From Vulcanisaeta distributa DSM 14429 (lineage in GTDB: Archaea > Thermoproteota > Thermoprotei > Thermoproteales > Thermocladiaceae), in NCBI RefSeq assembly GCF_000148385.1, contig NC_014537.1:360001-392000 (forward strand): DNA of 32,000 bases, written 5' to 3'. Position 1 is the first letter of the stretch. Every line of letters starts with the position of its first letter. Under the pieces are notes generated by a model. It was not told where the DNA came from. It searched no databases and saw nothing but the letters and a program-made list of their open reading frames with translations. Positions 17,206 through 26,104 of the stretch are shown in pieces. The position numbers and the translations under genes are program-made.

Positions 17206-18354
17206 TTAAGTAATGTACCTTCTCAATTTCTCCTCATTTATCTCAATACCCAGCCCTGGCCTATTGGGTATTTCCACATCGTCCCCCTTAAACACCTCCA
17301 CTGGTTCATTGGTCGTATCGTAGGCCAGTGGATTCCTCTCAACATAGTAGTATTCGTACGTTGGTGTGAAGGTTATGTGGCTTGGTAGTGATGCTATGAA
17401 TTGTAGTGTCGCGGCCCTGCACATGGCTCTCGATAATCCCACGTGGAATGTCATGGGTATGCCGAAGGCATCTGCCAGCGCCGCTATTCTCATGGCCTCT
17501 GTTATACCACCGATCCTGGCTATGTCCGGCATTGCTATGTCCACTGCCTCCTTAATCATGAACTCAAGCCACTGGTACTTAGTGAATAGTGTCTCGGCGG
17601 CGGCTATAGGTATGTCAAGGGCCTTGGCAACCCTTGAGTAAGCCTCAATATTGTCGGGTGGTACAGGCTCCTCGAACCAAAGTACGTCGTACTTCTCGAG
17701 CATCCTACCGACCTTAATGGCCGTGGACACATTATAAGCGGTGTTGGCGTCAACCATAATCTCGACCTCACTACCCAATGAGTCCCTTATAGCCTTAATC
17801 ACGGCCTTGTCCATGTCATAGCCCCTACCAATCTTAACCTTAACGTACCTAAACCCCTCCTGAACTAACCTCTCAACCTCCTTAACTGTGTCTTCAGGGC
17901 TCATGAAGAGTACGGATGATGCGTAGGCCTTGACCCTATCCCTAAAGGCACCACCGATCAATTTATACACTGGCTTCCCGAGGTACTTACCCTTGATGTC
18001 CCATAGGGCTAGGTCGACCCCAGATAGGGCTTCCACGTAATAACCGGCATAATGCCCGCGGATCCTCATTGCGGAGAATAGCTGTTCCCAGAGGACTTCG
18101 CTGTCCAGTGGGTCTTTGCCGATAAGCATGGGCTTAAATAAACTATTAATGACTGAGGCTGCGGCTTCAGGGGCCTCCCTAGCAATCGCCTCACCCCAGC
18201 CAACCAACCCCTCATCAGTCACTACCTTAACGTAAACCGCCGTGAAGCCATGACTAATCCTTGAAGCAACATCCTCATAAAACCCCCTAAAACCCGTGAC
18301 GGGTTTGCCAACGTAAGCCTTAGCCACGTATGCAGTAACGTCGGTTATCCTCAT
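17206..18354 (-). CDS. Enolase-superfamily (mandelate racemase/muconate lactonizing enzyme) sugar-acid dehydratase, arabinonate/xylonate/galactonate dehydratase-like
   Basis: Shows the MR/MLE pattern (GWGEA, DLALWDIKGK, YVKVKIG, MVDANTAY, LWFEEP, DIARIGG). Confidence 0.8.
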   Translation of the reverse strand: MRITDVTAYVAKAYVGKPVTGFRGFYEDVASRISHGFTAVYVKVVTDEGLVGWGEAIAREAPEAAASVINSLFKPMLIGKDPLDSEVLWEQLFSAMRIRGHYAGYYVEALSGVDLALWDIKGKYLGKPVYKLIGGAFRDRVKAYASSVLFMSPEDTVKEVERLVQEGFRYVKVKIGRGYDMDKAVIKAIRDSLGSEVEIMVDANTAYNVSTAIKVGRMLEKYDVLWFEEPVPPDNIEAYSRVAKALDIPIAAAETLFTKYQWLEFMIKEAVDIAMPDIARIGGITEAMRIAALADAFGIPMTFHVGLSRAMCRAATLQFIASLPSHITFTPTYEYYYVERNPLAYDTTNEPVEVFKGDDVEIPNRPGLGIEINEEKLRRYIT

Positions 18355-18519
18355 ACGAATCCCACAATATTGCCTATAAGAATCTTTATAACCTATTATA
18401 CTTACTCATTTTATACATTATACGCATTGTGTTCCCGTAAAATCGCATGCCCATGCATTGAGTGGTAAAATATGCGCTGTCTTGCCTTTTAGTGGGGAGC
18501 AGGGTTTATAATGAGAGTT

Positions 18520-19566
18520 TTATGAGGGGATTATCTCTAGTACGGTCTTTATATCATCGTGCGTCCACGTATAGGCCTCCTGGTAATTACTTAGGCTTGC
18601 CCTTTTCGTTATTAATTTGGCAGGCCAATTACTGAATTCCTCCTTAGCCCTCCTCAGGTGTTCCAGCGCCATCTCGAAGTGCTTGATCCCAGCGTTTACA
18701 GAGCCTACAATAACCTTATTGTTAAGTACTACGTTGGTCATTAACTCGCCAAGATTATTTAGTGAGCCACCGCTTGGGTATACACCCAGTAAGACGTACA
18801 CGCCATTCGGCGCCACATGCCTGAACCCCTCATTAACCACCTGTGGCGCACCAGTTGCCTCAATGACTATGTCAAACTCACCACTTATCTGCTCAATCGC
18901 GGAATCCACGTATACACCACCCAACTCCTTAACGAGCTTAGCCTTCAAGCTATCTGGTGGCCTCGTGGCAGTCGTTACTGTGCTCAGGCCCATCAGCCTA
19001 AGTACCATCGTGGCTAGTAAGCCCACGGGCCCGGCGCCAAGTATCAATGCGGTCTTCGGCTTCCAGTCAAACCTCGATTGCCCAAGCCTCATCGCCATGT
19101 CAATGCCCTTCTCAACCACCGAGAGGGGTTCGGTAAGCACTGCGATGTCGATGACCTCCTTCGGCACCTTGACCAGGTACTTGGCATCAGTGACCGAGTA
19201 CTCGGCTGCGTGGCCATGCAATCCCCAGATGCCATGCTCAAGGTAATGACCAACTGGGCAGAAGTCCACGGGTAGGTCGCAATTAAGTGGTCTTCTCACT
19301 GTTGGTACTACGATGTCGCCAACACCCACATTATCAACGCCATCACCAAGCTCCACAACCTCAGCCACAGCCTCATGACCAAGGATTAGGTATTGACTGC
19401 CCTCGGGCGCCTTGCCGTATCTGCCCTCGATTATCTCCTTATCCGTACCACAAACACCAACCCTAATTGGCTTGAGTAGGACTTGACCCTTGCTAGGGCT
19501 TGGCTTAGGGACCTCCATTAATCTGAGGGATTCCGGTACGCCAGGTATGACTGTAACTGCCTTCAT
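18520..19566 (-). CDS. Glucose/aldose 1-dehydrogenase (zinc MDR family, archaeal type)
   Basis: VGVCGTDKEIIEGRYG, LGHEAV, GAGPVG and the C-terminus resemble Sulfolobus/Thermoproteus GDH. Confidence 0.8.
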   Translation of the reverse strand: MKAVTVIPGVPESLRLMEVPKPSPSKGQVLLKPIRVGVCGTDKEIIEGRYGKAPEGSQYLILGHEAVAEVVELGDGVDNVGVGDIVVPTVRRPLNCDLPVDFCPVGHYLEHGIWGLHGHAAEYSVTDAKYLVKVPKEVIDIAVLTEPLSVVEKGIDMAMRLGQSRFDWKPKTALILGAGPVGLLATMVLRLMGLSTVTTATRPPDSLKAKLVKELGGVYVDSAIEQISGEFDIVIEATGAPQVVNEGFRHVAPNGVYVLLGVYPSGGSLNNLGELMTNVVLNNKVIVGSVNAGIKHFEMALEHLRRAKEEFSNWPAKLITKRASLSNYQEAYTWTHDDIKTVLEIIPS

Positions 19567-19644
19567 ATGGTTATGTATAGGGTGCTTATATAAATGTTTT
19601 AGAAACTGAGGTTTTACGTGATTTACGACTTGAGTTTGAGGTGA

Positions 19645-21576
19645 TTAGGGCCCCTTCATCAGTATTATCTTCTCATCCTTATCCTTCAGTATCTTCTTGA
19701 CTGCGTCGTAAACCTCGTCAACGAATATCGGCCTCCCCGTGACTTTAACAACCCTGTGCTTAATCTCTATGCCCGTCTTCTCCCTAATGACACCGGCGGC
19801 CTGAGCTTCATAGTTTGACTCAACATCAATTATTAACTGGCCCTTACTCAGCACATTCCTCACGAACTCGCTTGGGAATGGTATGAACATCTTAAGCTGT
19901 AGGAAGTTAACTCTGTAACCCTCCCTGCTTAACATATTCATTACATCTAGCAGGACACCCTTTGTTGATCCCCAGCCGACTAGGGTTATGTCTGCGCTCT
20001 CTGGTCCGTAGAGCCTAACCTTGTCCGTGATTGGTATCTCCCTGTCCGCAAGCTCGAGCTTACCCATCCTCTTCTCATACATCTCCGTCCTAGTGACTGG
20101 GTCCTCCGTTATGTGACCAAACTCATCATGCTCATCACCGGTTAACCAGAATATTGGTCCTAACCCAGGTATTGACCTTGGCGATACTCCGTCCTTCGTA
20201 ATCCTGAACCTCCTATAGTCATTCTCATCCTTAGTCACGATTAAGCCCCTATCAATCTTGAGGGTCCTCTTGTCAATGTCCCAGATGACCGTTGAGTATG
20301 AATTGGCGAGGGTCTTATCAACTAAGTGAATAACAGGCATTTGATACCTCTCGGCCCAGTTAAGGGCTTTGAACGCATCCTCAATCGCCTCCCTATGGTC
20401 TCCGGATGAAATTACAATCCTCGGGAATTCGCCGTGGCCCATGTGCATTACGAACCTAAGGTCCGACTGGCTATTCCTCGTCGCCATTCCAGTGCTTGGT
20501 CCAGCCCTCTGGTAGTGCGTTATCACGACGGGCACCTCGTTCATCCCCGCGAAGCCCGTGCCCTCAACCATCAGGCTTAATCCAGGTCCTGACGTAGCCG
20601 TGGCAGCCCTGGCACCTGCTATCCCGGCGCCTATCGCCATGTTTATGGCCGATATCTCATCCTCGGTCTGAACAACCACAATGCCGGCCCTCTCAAGGGC
20701 CTTGGCCTCCTCAGTGACTGGGTCAAGGCTAACAATGTTGTGGGCCTCTATGAAAAATGATTCATCAGCCGCAGGCGTTATTGGGTAGTAGGTCTGGAAT
20801 CTGAGACCGCCGAGTATCTTGCCTATTGCCACTGCCTCATTTCCATTAACGATTATTGCCTTAACATCCCTCTTTATTGGCGGTAGTGATATACCCGTCT
20901 TAATCGGCTTTGCGTAGTCATAAACCACCTCCACAATGGCCTTATTATACTCGAGAAGCTTACCCCTCCTACCCGTGAATACATCCTCAAGGCCCTTGAA
21001 CACATAATCAATGGGCAGACCCATTATTGCGGTTGAGTACGCGGTCATTACTACGTTTGAGTATCTGCCAATTAATGATGGCAGATCGATGTCGTGAAGT
21101 CTCTTCTTAACATCCTGGAGTAGGTCCGCGTAATGTATGGTTAGTACATTGACGCCATTACCCCTTAGGTAATCAATGACTCCCTTAACCGTGGGTTCAA
21201 TCCCAGCCTTACTGAAGAATTCCCTTAACCTATCCTTCAACTCATCCTCCATGTACTGCAGTTGGTCGAGCCTCGTGTTGAATGTGGAGGTGTCTACTAT
21301 CACGTAACCACCACGCTTAACATCCTGGAAGTGCGTAAACACTGACTCTGCATCAAGGGCCACTAGCATGTCTATGGAGCTTAGTAGGCCTCCCCTGGGC
21401 TCGTCGCTGACCCTAACCATGAAGTAGCTATGCCTACCCTTAATGTTTGAGAAGTACTCCCTATCACCAATTACGTAATAACCAGCCCTGGCCATAGCCC
21501 TCATGAAGACGTTAGCGCCTGTGTCGATACCGCCACCCTGTGGTCCACCAATAACCCACATTATGTCCGTAGGCAT
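19645..21576 (-). CDS. 2-oxoacid:ferredoxin oxidoreductase, alpha subunit (fused gamma-alpha type)
   Basis: At 643 aa it has an N-terminal gamma-like domain (VIGGPQGGGIDTGANVF...REYFSNIKGRHSYF) followed by an alpha domain (NGNEAVAIG...YYPITPA). Confidence 0.85.
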   Translation of the reverse strand: MPTDIMWVIGGPQGGGIDTGANVFMRAMARAGYYVIGDREYFSNIKGRHSYFMVRVSDEPRGGLLSSIDMLVALDAESVFTHFQDVKRGGYVIVDTSTFNTRLDQLQYMEDELKDRLREFFSKAGIEPTVKGVIDYLRGNGVNVLTIHYADLLQDVKKRLHDIDLPSLIGRYSNVVMTAYSTAIMGLPIDYVFKGLEDVFTGRRGKLLEYNKAIVEVVYDYAKPIKTGISLPPIKRDVKAIIVNGNEAVAIGKILGGLRFQTYYPITPAADESFFIEAHNIVSLDPVTEEAKALERAGIVVVQTEDEISAINMAIGAGIAGARAATATSGPGLSLMVEGTGFAGMNEVPVVITHYQRAGPSTGMATRNSQSDLRFVMHMGHGEFPRIVISSGDHREAIEDAFKALNWAERYQMPVIHLVDKTLANSYSTVIWDIDKRTLKIDRGLIVTKDENDYRRFRITKDGVSPRSIPGLGPIFWLTGDEHDEFGHITEDPVTRTEMYEKRMGKLELADREIPITDKVRLYGPESADITLVGWGSTKGVLLDVMNMLSREGYRVNFLQLKMFIPFPSEFVRNVLSKGQLIIDVESNYEAQAAGVIREKTGIEIKHRVVKVTGRPIFVDEVYDAVKKILKDKDEKIILMKGP

Positions 21577-21712
21577 TACACTAAGCCCTCTGAGACCTAT
21601 TTATTAAGCCTTCTCCCATTGTAGAATATGTATTGATCCTGTAAACCTAAATCCACGTAGTTAATTCAATGAAATGCTACATTATTCAAATGAATTAATG
21701 AGTATTGATGAA

Positions 21713-22714
21713 TTAAGGTTTAATAAGTATCTTCCCAATCCTGGAATTATTTCTCATAAATTCCAACGCATCACCGAACCTCTCTAATGGGTAAGTAGCA
21801 GCTATCACAGGCTTAACCAAACCCTTACTCAGTATTTTGAGGGTTTCAGCTACGTCAGACCTATTCGACCTAACATTACCAATCATCACTACGTCCTTCA
21901 TAATCAGATAGCCAAGCCTTAATTGGTATGTCTCGTCAGGGTTCACATTACCAATAATTATTACACGACCTCCAGAGCGTAGGCTCCTTAATGATTCCTC
22001 AATCGTCGGCGTACCCACAGCCTCAATTACCATGTCCGCGCCAAGGCCGTTCGTTAAATCCTTAACAACCTTACTAAACCTCTGCTCGGTAACAACATCA
22101 TCCGCAAACTGCCTAATGAACCTGGCCTTATCTGGGGATCTCGTGACGGCTATTACCCTGGCGCCCAGGGCCTTGGCTAATTGAACCGCGTGAATACCAA
22201 CACCGCCACTTGCCCCGGTCACAACCACGGTCTCCCCATACGTCAACCCTGCCCTTTTGAGACCCTTATAAACCATGGCTATGACGCAGGGTGTGAATGC
22301 AGCTAGCTCGTCAGGAACTCCATTGGGCACCTTAACCAGTGCATTACCTGATACCCTGGCATACTCTGCAAAGAATCCGTTAACATTCTCACCATAACTA
22401 AGCGCATTGATGCAGTATGAGTCAAGACCGCGCATGCAGAATTCACAGGTTCCATCGGGCTCGTGGAGTAGTGGTACAACCCTATCACCTGGCTTGAACC
22501 TGGGGTCCTTTGATTCTACCACAACGCCGACAGCCTCATGACCCAAGATGACGGGGTACTTCATGCGTGGGTAATAGCCAGCCAATTGAAGTAGGTCGCG
22601 GTAGCACAGTGCCGCGTAACTTATCTTTATCAGGACATCACCATCATTAAGTCTTGGCATTGGTACATCACGCACCTCGTACTTACCCCTCTCATAAACA
22701 ACAACTGCCCTCAT
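21713..22714 (-). CDS. Zinc-binding alcohol dehydrogenase family (MDR) oxidoreductase
   Basis: AALCYRDL, LGHEAVG, the structural-zinc lobe CEFCMRGLDSYC and GASGGVG are all present. Confidence 0.8.
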   Translation of the reverse strand: MRAVVVYERGKYEVRDVPMPRLNDGDVLIKISYAALCYRDLLQLAGYYPRMKYPVILGHEAVGVVVESKDPRFKPGDRVVPLLHEPDGTCEFCMRGLDSYCINALSYGENVNGFFAEYARVSGNALVKVPNGVPDELAAFTPCVIAMVYKGLKRAGLTYGETVVVTGASGGVGIHAVQLAKALGARVIAVTRSPDKARFIRQFADDVVTEQRFSKVVKDLTNGLGADMVIEAVGTPTIEESLRSLRSGGRVIIIGNVNPDETYQLRLGYLIMKDVVMIGNVRSNRSDVAETLKILSKGLVKPVIAATYPLERFGDALEFMRNNSRIGKILIKP

Positions 22715-22767
22715 TAATTGATAGTGGGATTACTGCATTTTAAGGAATTCCCTGAAAAACCAACTAC

Positions 22768-23568
22768 TCATCCCCTAAGCTCTACCCTGGCCATTTCATA
22801 ATCACTGGGTTTCATATTGTATAATTCATCAATTAGATTCACCTTTAATGATGCAGGTCCTGAGGATTTCCTCTCGGCCTTCTCAGCGGCTATCTCGAAC
22901 GTGACCAAGCCCTCCACGGAGGCAATTAGGAAGTCCCTATTCACCGCCATGAAGCTCGCGATCACGGAGCCAACCATGCAGCCACTACCCGTTATGTACT
23001 GTAGCATTGGTGTTCCGTTACTGACTATTGCGACCCTCTTACCGTCAGATACGTAATCCCTCGGCCCCGTAATCACGGCCGTAACGCCATACTCCCTAGC
23101 CAACCTCTCAGCAATCTCGGGACTGGCCTCGCCCAGTGAGTCCACGCCCTTAATCATACCGGCAACGCCCGCCAGAGCCATCATCTCACCGCCATTCCCC
23201 TTAAGCACGCCGACCTCAACCTCATCGAGTATCCTAAGCACGGTCTCGGTCCTAAACCTAGTAGCGCCAGCGCCAACTGGGTCTAGGAGCACAGGCACGT
23301 TATTCCTACTTGCAGCCTTACCAGCCAGTATGAAGGACTCAACCCACCTATCATCGAGCGTACCAATGTTTATATACAAAACATCAGCCTTAGCCGCCAA
23401 CTCCTCAACCTCCTCCCTGGCATGGGCCATTATTGGCGATGCACCAACGGCAAGGGTTACGTTTGCGGCATCATTCATAACCACGTAGTTCATTAGATGG
23501 TGAACTAGGGGTCTCTTCCTCCTAATGGCCTGCAAATCATCCCAATAATTGATCATTGATTGACTCAA
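22768..23568 (-). CDS. thiM: Hydroxyethylthiazole kinase
   Basis: Collinear with ThiM (PLVHHLMNYVVMNDAANVTLAVGASPIMAH, NIGTL, LDPVGAGAT, ITGSGC). Confidence 0.85.
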   Translation of the reverse strand: MSQSMINYWDDLQAIRRKRPLVHHLMNYVVMNDAANVTLAVGASPIMAHAREEVEELAAKADVLYINIGTLDDRWVESFILAGKAASRNNVPVLLDPVGAGATRFRTETVLRILDEVEVGVLKGNGGEMMALAGVAGMIKGVDSLGEASPEIAERLAREYGVTAVITGPRDYVSDGKRVAIVSNGTPMLQYITGSGCMVGSVIASFMAVNRDFLIASVEGLVTFEIAAEKAERKSSGPASLKVNLIDELYNMKPSDYEMARVELRG

Positions 23569-23722
23569 TAACGCAATAATTAATAAGTATTAATAATGTT
23601 ATTCATTAATTAAGAAAAATGCTTCATGAAGGCTCCCTGCAATACACGTTAATTCTTATTATATACTTATTGCGTGTAATGTCATTAAGGTTTATTAATT
23701 CATTAGTGAAACACTATAAGGG

Positions 23723-24625
23723 ATGAGTAGAAACCTTAAGGATGAGTTTTTGCGTTTGTTGAGGGAGGATGAGGTTTTTAGGTTGGCGGTAATAGGGTTC
23801 TTGGGTATTTCTGATGTTCAGTCTTCGCTTAGGCAGTTGGTGAGTGTTGTTAGTGATTTAACGAGGACTGTTCAGAGGCTTGTTGAGGGTCAGGAGAGGC
23901 TTTGGGAGGAGAATAATAAGTTGTGGCAGGAGGTTAGGAGGCTTGCAGAGGGCCAGGAGGCCCTTAGGACCGACGTAAGTAAACTCTGGGAGGAAAACAA
24001 CAAGATTTGGCAGGAGATCAAGGCGCTCCGCGAGAATCAAGAGAAGCTTTGGGAGAACCAAAACAAACTATGGCAGGAAGTCAAGGCACTCAGGGAGGAG
24101 CAGGAGAGGAGGTGGCAGGAGAATGAGAGAAGATGGGAAGAGAATAATAGGAGGTGGGAGGAGGCGTATAAGAGGTTTGAGGTTATTGAGACTGAATTGA
24201 GGAATTTGAGGGAGGACTTTAATAAGTCCATGGCAGCCATTAACAGGAGGTTAGACGCGTTGGGTGCCAGGTGGGGTGTTATTTCTGAGGAGGCGTTTAG
24301 GGAGGGTATGAAGGGTGTTATTGAGAGGATACTTGGTACTGCCAAGGTTGAGAAGTGGACGTATAATGATACCAATGGTGAGGTTTATGGGCATCCTGCG
24401 ATTGTTGATGTGGATCTGGTGATTAGGGATAATGTGCACGTGCTTGTTGAGGTTAAGTCGAGCATTTCCAGGGGCGATGTTGCGGAGTTCTGGAGGGTTG
24501 GAAGGCTTTATGAGAGGGTTAATGGTGTTAAGCCTAGGCTTGTGATGATCTCGCCATACGTTGATGATAAAGCCATGGAGCTCGCCAGGGAGTTGGGTAT
24601 TGAGGTTTATACTAACGTTACGTGA
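23723..24625 (+). CDS. Coiled-coil (LW-heptad, DUF3782-like) protein with a C-terminal PD-(D/E)XK-like domain, twin A
   Basis: 300 aa. Residues 52-184 form an unbroken heptad register (RLWEENN KLWQEVR ...). The C-terminus contains IVDVDLVIRDNVHVLVEVKSS, a D...E-x-K pattern. The first 125 codons are shared with 26105..27076. Confidence 0.75.
   Translation: MSRNLKDEFLRLLREDEVFRLAVIGFLGISDVQSSLRQLVSVVSDLTRTVQRLVEGQERLWEENNKLWQEVRRLAEGQEALRTDVSKLWEENNKIWQEIKALRENQEKLWENQNKLWQEVKALREEQERRWQENERRWEENNRRWEEAYKRFEVIETELRNLREDFNKSMAAINRRLDALGARWGVISEEAFREGMKGVIERILGTAKVEKWTYNDTNGEVYGHPAIVDVDLVIRDNVHVLVEVKSSISRGDVAEFWRVGRLYERVNGVKPRLVMISPYVDDKAMELARELGIEVYTNVT
23736..24098. repeat. Left arm of a perfect 363-bp inverted repeat (partner 26707..27069)
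   Basis: A base-by-base comparison against the reverse complement of 26707..27069 found no mismatch. Identity stops abruptly at 24099 and 26706. Confidence 0.9.
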
Positions 24626-24788
24626 GAACACCCATTAATAATTATGACCGCATATCACTTAATCGCTAAGTGCCTATGATGAGTTATTGGAGAGTGATCA
24701 ATGAGTTTATTGATATATGATACAGTTATTTATTTGCCTTCGGCACTTACCTCTGTTATGTTAAAAGTTTCGATGGGTTGAAGAAGTA

Positions 24789-25112
24789 ATGCTTATTAAT
24801 TGCCTTTTCATGTGGAATTTAATGAATAGGGATAAGGCGATTGGCATTGGGTTGCTTGTGATATCAGTAGTGATTATACTCGCCTACATATACCTGACCT
24901 TCTTCACACCATACACAACATTGGTTCTTCAAATAACGGATACACTAATAATAATAGTGGTCTTTGGAATACTCGCCTGGGTAGGCTACGCATTAGCCAC
25001 AACACCACCACCAAAGCCTATTGAGGAGATTGAGAAGGAGATTGAGGCTGAGCTTAAGAAACTTGAGGAGGAGACAAAGCAGGAACAACAAAAGGCCCAG
25101 CAACAGCAGTAG
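24789..25112 (+). CDS. Small membrane protein: two predicted TM helices plus a charged E/K/Q-rich tail
   Basis: The hydrophobic segments are GIGLLVISVVIILAYIYLTFF and LIIIVVFGILAWVGYALA. They are followed by TTPPPKP and EEIEKEIEAELKKLEEETKQEQQKAQQQQ. The start is probably ATG 24822 (MNRDKAIG...). Confidence 0.55.
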   Translation: MLINCLFMWNLMNRDKAIGIGLLVISVVIILAYIYLTFFTPYTTLVLQITDTLIIIVVFGILAWVGYALATTPPPKPIEEIEKEIEAELKKLEEETKQEQQKAQQQQ

Positions 25113-25472
25113 TCCATGCAAGCCAAGAACCGATTTAAAAGCAGTAACAACCCGGTAGAACTCCATCAATAATCCACAATGCATTCCTATGGACTAGCCA
25201 GGAATTGTTCCTCCCTGTGAAATTGGCAGTAATAGCACGGGTGTATTAATCAAGGCATTAAGCGGTGAGGTATCTCGACACCAATCAGTTAAGGCGTTTG
25301 AAAGTAAGGTTTTTCAGGAAGCCGGGCTCTGCATTATAAAGCCACCATGAGGTCTGTTTTAAGAGCTGGAATTGAGGGACGAGCAACACCAATTAATGGT
25401 GTGGTAACGATGGTTAATACTGAGCATGCTACGGGGTTGGTTACCATGAAAGCATTAAGTACGTGCCCATAG

Positions 25473-26099
25473 GTGCCGGTAATGGTCCATGATAGGATAT
25501 GCCTATTCGGACCCGATGGGTCCGGTAAGAGCACGCTGGCCAGGTTGCTCGCCCAATACCTGGCGAGGGGTGATTACGTTAGGATTTCCTGGGTCAGGGG
25601 CTCACACATGGCTGCGTCACTGCTGGCTAGGTTTTTGGCATTATTCCCAAGCATGAGGGGAGTTGATAATCCTTATTACGGAATTTCAATACCGAAAAAC
25701 CTGAGGCCCCTTTGGTGGTTCCTGGAATTCATATCAGTACTACCCAATTGGTTCTTCAGGTTCATAATGCCCAGCATTTACGAGACTGTGATTGGCGAGA
25801 GGGGGCTCCTGGACTTCCTGGTTTGGGTCTGCGTAACCACCGAGCCAGGCTTCCTCAAGACGCTGTGGGGAAGGGCGACACTGGCGTTGGCGCTTAAGCA
25901 TTGCAGAAATGTGTTTATAATCGCCGACCTCAAGACCCTAATCAGGCGTAAAGGCCGTGAACCGACTGCTAGGACATTACCGAGGCAGTGGGTAATATAT
26001 AATGCATTGGCTAAGTCGCTTAACCTAATCAGTGTGGATACAAGCAGTGATACTCCCATTCAGTCTCTAATTAAGTTAATAAGCGAATTAGGCATGTAA
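25473..26099 (+). CDS. P-loop NTPase / nucleotide-kinase-fold protein with a hydrophobic insert
   Basis: Has Walker A LFGPDGSGKST and a Walker-B-like NVFIIAD. The track start is GTG 25473, and ATG 25482 is more likely. The central segment LRPLWWFLEFISVLPNWFFRFIMP is strongly aromatic. Confidence 0.65.
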   Translation: MPVMVHDRICLFGPDGSGKSTLARLLAQYLARGDYVRISWVRGSHMAASLLARFLALFPSMRGVDNPYYGISIPKNLRPLWWFLEFISVLPNWFFRFIMPSIYETVIGERGLLDFLVWVCVTTEPGFLKTLWGRATLALALKHCRNVFIIADLKTLIRRKGREPTARTLPRQWVIYNALAKSLNLISVDTSSDTPIQSLIKLISELGM

Positions 26100-26104
26100 A
26101 ATCA

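Noticed and set aside
23880-24160. Periodic 21/63-bp repeats considered as a CRISPR array or non-coding tandem repeat (also 26430..26930)
   Set aside because: The periodicity is the coding heptad or 21-residue repeat of the coiled-coil proteins. There is no repeat-spacer structure, and no cas genes are in the window.
24676-24725. C/D-box sRNA candidate (ATGATGA, then 12 nt, then TGAT ...)
   Set aside because: The D' and D boxes are not CUGA, and there are no terminal stems. The match is limited to one C-box-like heptamer in AT-rich DNA.
25334-25534. 66-aa minus-strand ORF overlapping the start of the P-loop gene
   Set aside because: It is antisense to the Walker A region of a well-supported gene and has no motifs.
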